Positions 63,769 to 64,000 of a stretch of 64,000 bases of DNA are shown here, piece after piece. The translations under genes and the position numbers were made by a program. The stretch lies in assembly GCA_040289885.1 (NCBI GenBank), contig PSLZ01000006.1, positions 37,211 to 101,210 of the forward strand, in the 5' to 3' direction. A model generated the notes under the pieces. That model ran no database searches. It saw only the letters and a list, made by a program, of their open reading frames with translations, and was not told where the DNA came from. Every line of letters starts with the position of its first letter. The stretch's first letter is position 1. The stretch is from Armatimonadota bacterium (GTDB lineage: Bacteria > Armatimonadota > HRBIN16).

Positions 63769-63798
63769 CCAAAACCCCTTGACAAATCCTCCTCACTA
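63769..63798 (+). promoter_or_regulatory. Sigma70-like promoter for the downstream secreted-protein gene.
   Basis: cTTGACAaatcctcctcactactgcTATCCTgtg has a consensus -35, an 18-nt spacer and a weak -10. Confidence 0.3.
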
Positions 63799-63893
63799 CT
63801 GCTATCCTGTGACTAACAGCACAGCTCCCGCACGAATGGGAAAGACCGTCAGCAAGGTTTCTCAACAATACCAACAGGAGGGTGCTACATACG

Positions 63894-64000
63894 ATGAAAC
63901 GAACGCGCTTTCTGCGCACGCTGGCAACGGTGTGCATGGTCAGCCTCACGGTGCAGAGGACTGCGCCGCTGTTCGCCTCTCCCGCTGTGCGGTGGGGGTG
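63894..64000 (+). CDS. Secreted protein, N-terminal fragment. It continues beyond the window.
   Basis: RBS caggaggg then MKRTRFLRTLATVCMVSLTVQRTAPLFASPAVRWG..., a signal-peptide-like sequence. Confidence 0.5.
   Translation, partial: MKRTRFLRTLATVCMVSLTVQRTAPLFASPAVRWG

Overview
High-GC (~62%) bacterial chromosomal window, densely coding, with long co-directional minus-strand gene arrays. The lineage is probably a diderm outside Actinobacteria. This is an inference from kdsB (an LPS Kdo-pathway gene), several prepilin-type proteins of the DUF1559 'H-X9-DG' kind (typical of Armatimonadota and the Planctomycetota-Verrucomicrobiota group), and a complete Pup-proteasome locus.

Main content, in order along the window:
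- A sugar ABC transporter operon (binding protein and two permeases) with an adenosine-specific-kinase-like gene embedded in it.
- A secreted clan GH-A glycoside hydrolase.
- A solitary Rad52/DdrA-like single-strand annealing protein carrying a zinc ribbon.
- A large type IV pilus / T2SS-like locus on the minus strand. It runs ruvX-mltG-yqeG-aroE-pilB-pilT-pilC-pilD, then a pilin-like gene, then three unusually large prepilin-type proteins of 611, 622 and 898 aa, then two giant secreted PQQ-like beta-propeller proteins of 1512 and 2277 aa. I read these as candidate giant PilY1-like tip adhesins with oversized minor pilins. This is the most unusual system in the window.
- Two paralogous H-X9-DG prepilin-like genes flanking a TAT-secreted Gfo/Idh/MocA oxidoreductase, with tandem small lipoprotein paralogs downstream of one of them.
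- A dockerin-containing secreted protein.
- hslVU, an LDH-family malate dehydrogenase, an inositol monophosphatase-family gene and glycogen phosphorylase.
- Two tandem membrane proteins, each with an FHA domain and a zinc ribbon.
- nnr and kdsB.
- An ArsR-family regulator followed by an unusual MerT-HMA-MerA fusion.
- A canonical Pup-proteasome cluster (arc-dop-pup-prcB-prcA-pafA). Its atypical details are a Pup ending in -SGE and an ARC ATPase without a C-terminal GQYL motif.

Non-coding observations: a family of hairpin-forming repeat elements at three intergenic sites, one of them a 3 x 36-nt tandem array; a C-depleted GT-rich tract in a divergent intergenic region; and a 16-nt motif shared upstream of two unrelated genes.

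No rRNA, tRNA, CRISPR array or intact transposase is visible. All calls rest on reading the translated ORFs and the sequence by eye. No database search was run.
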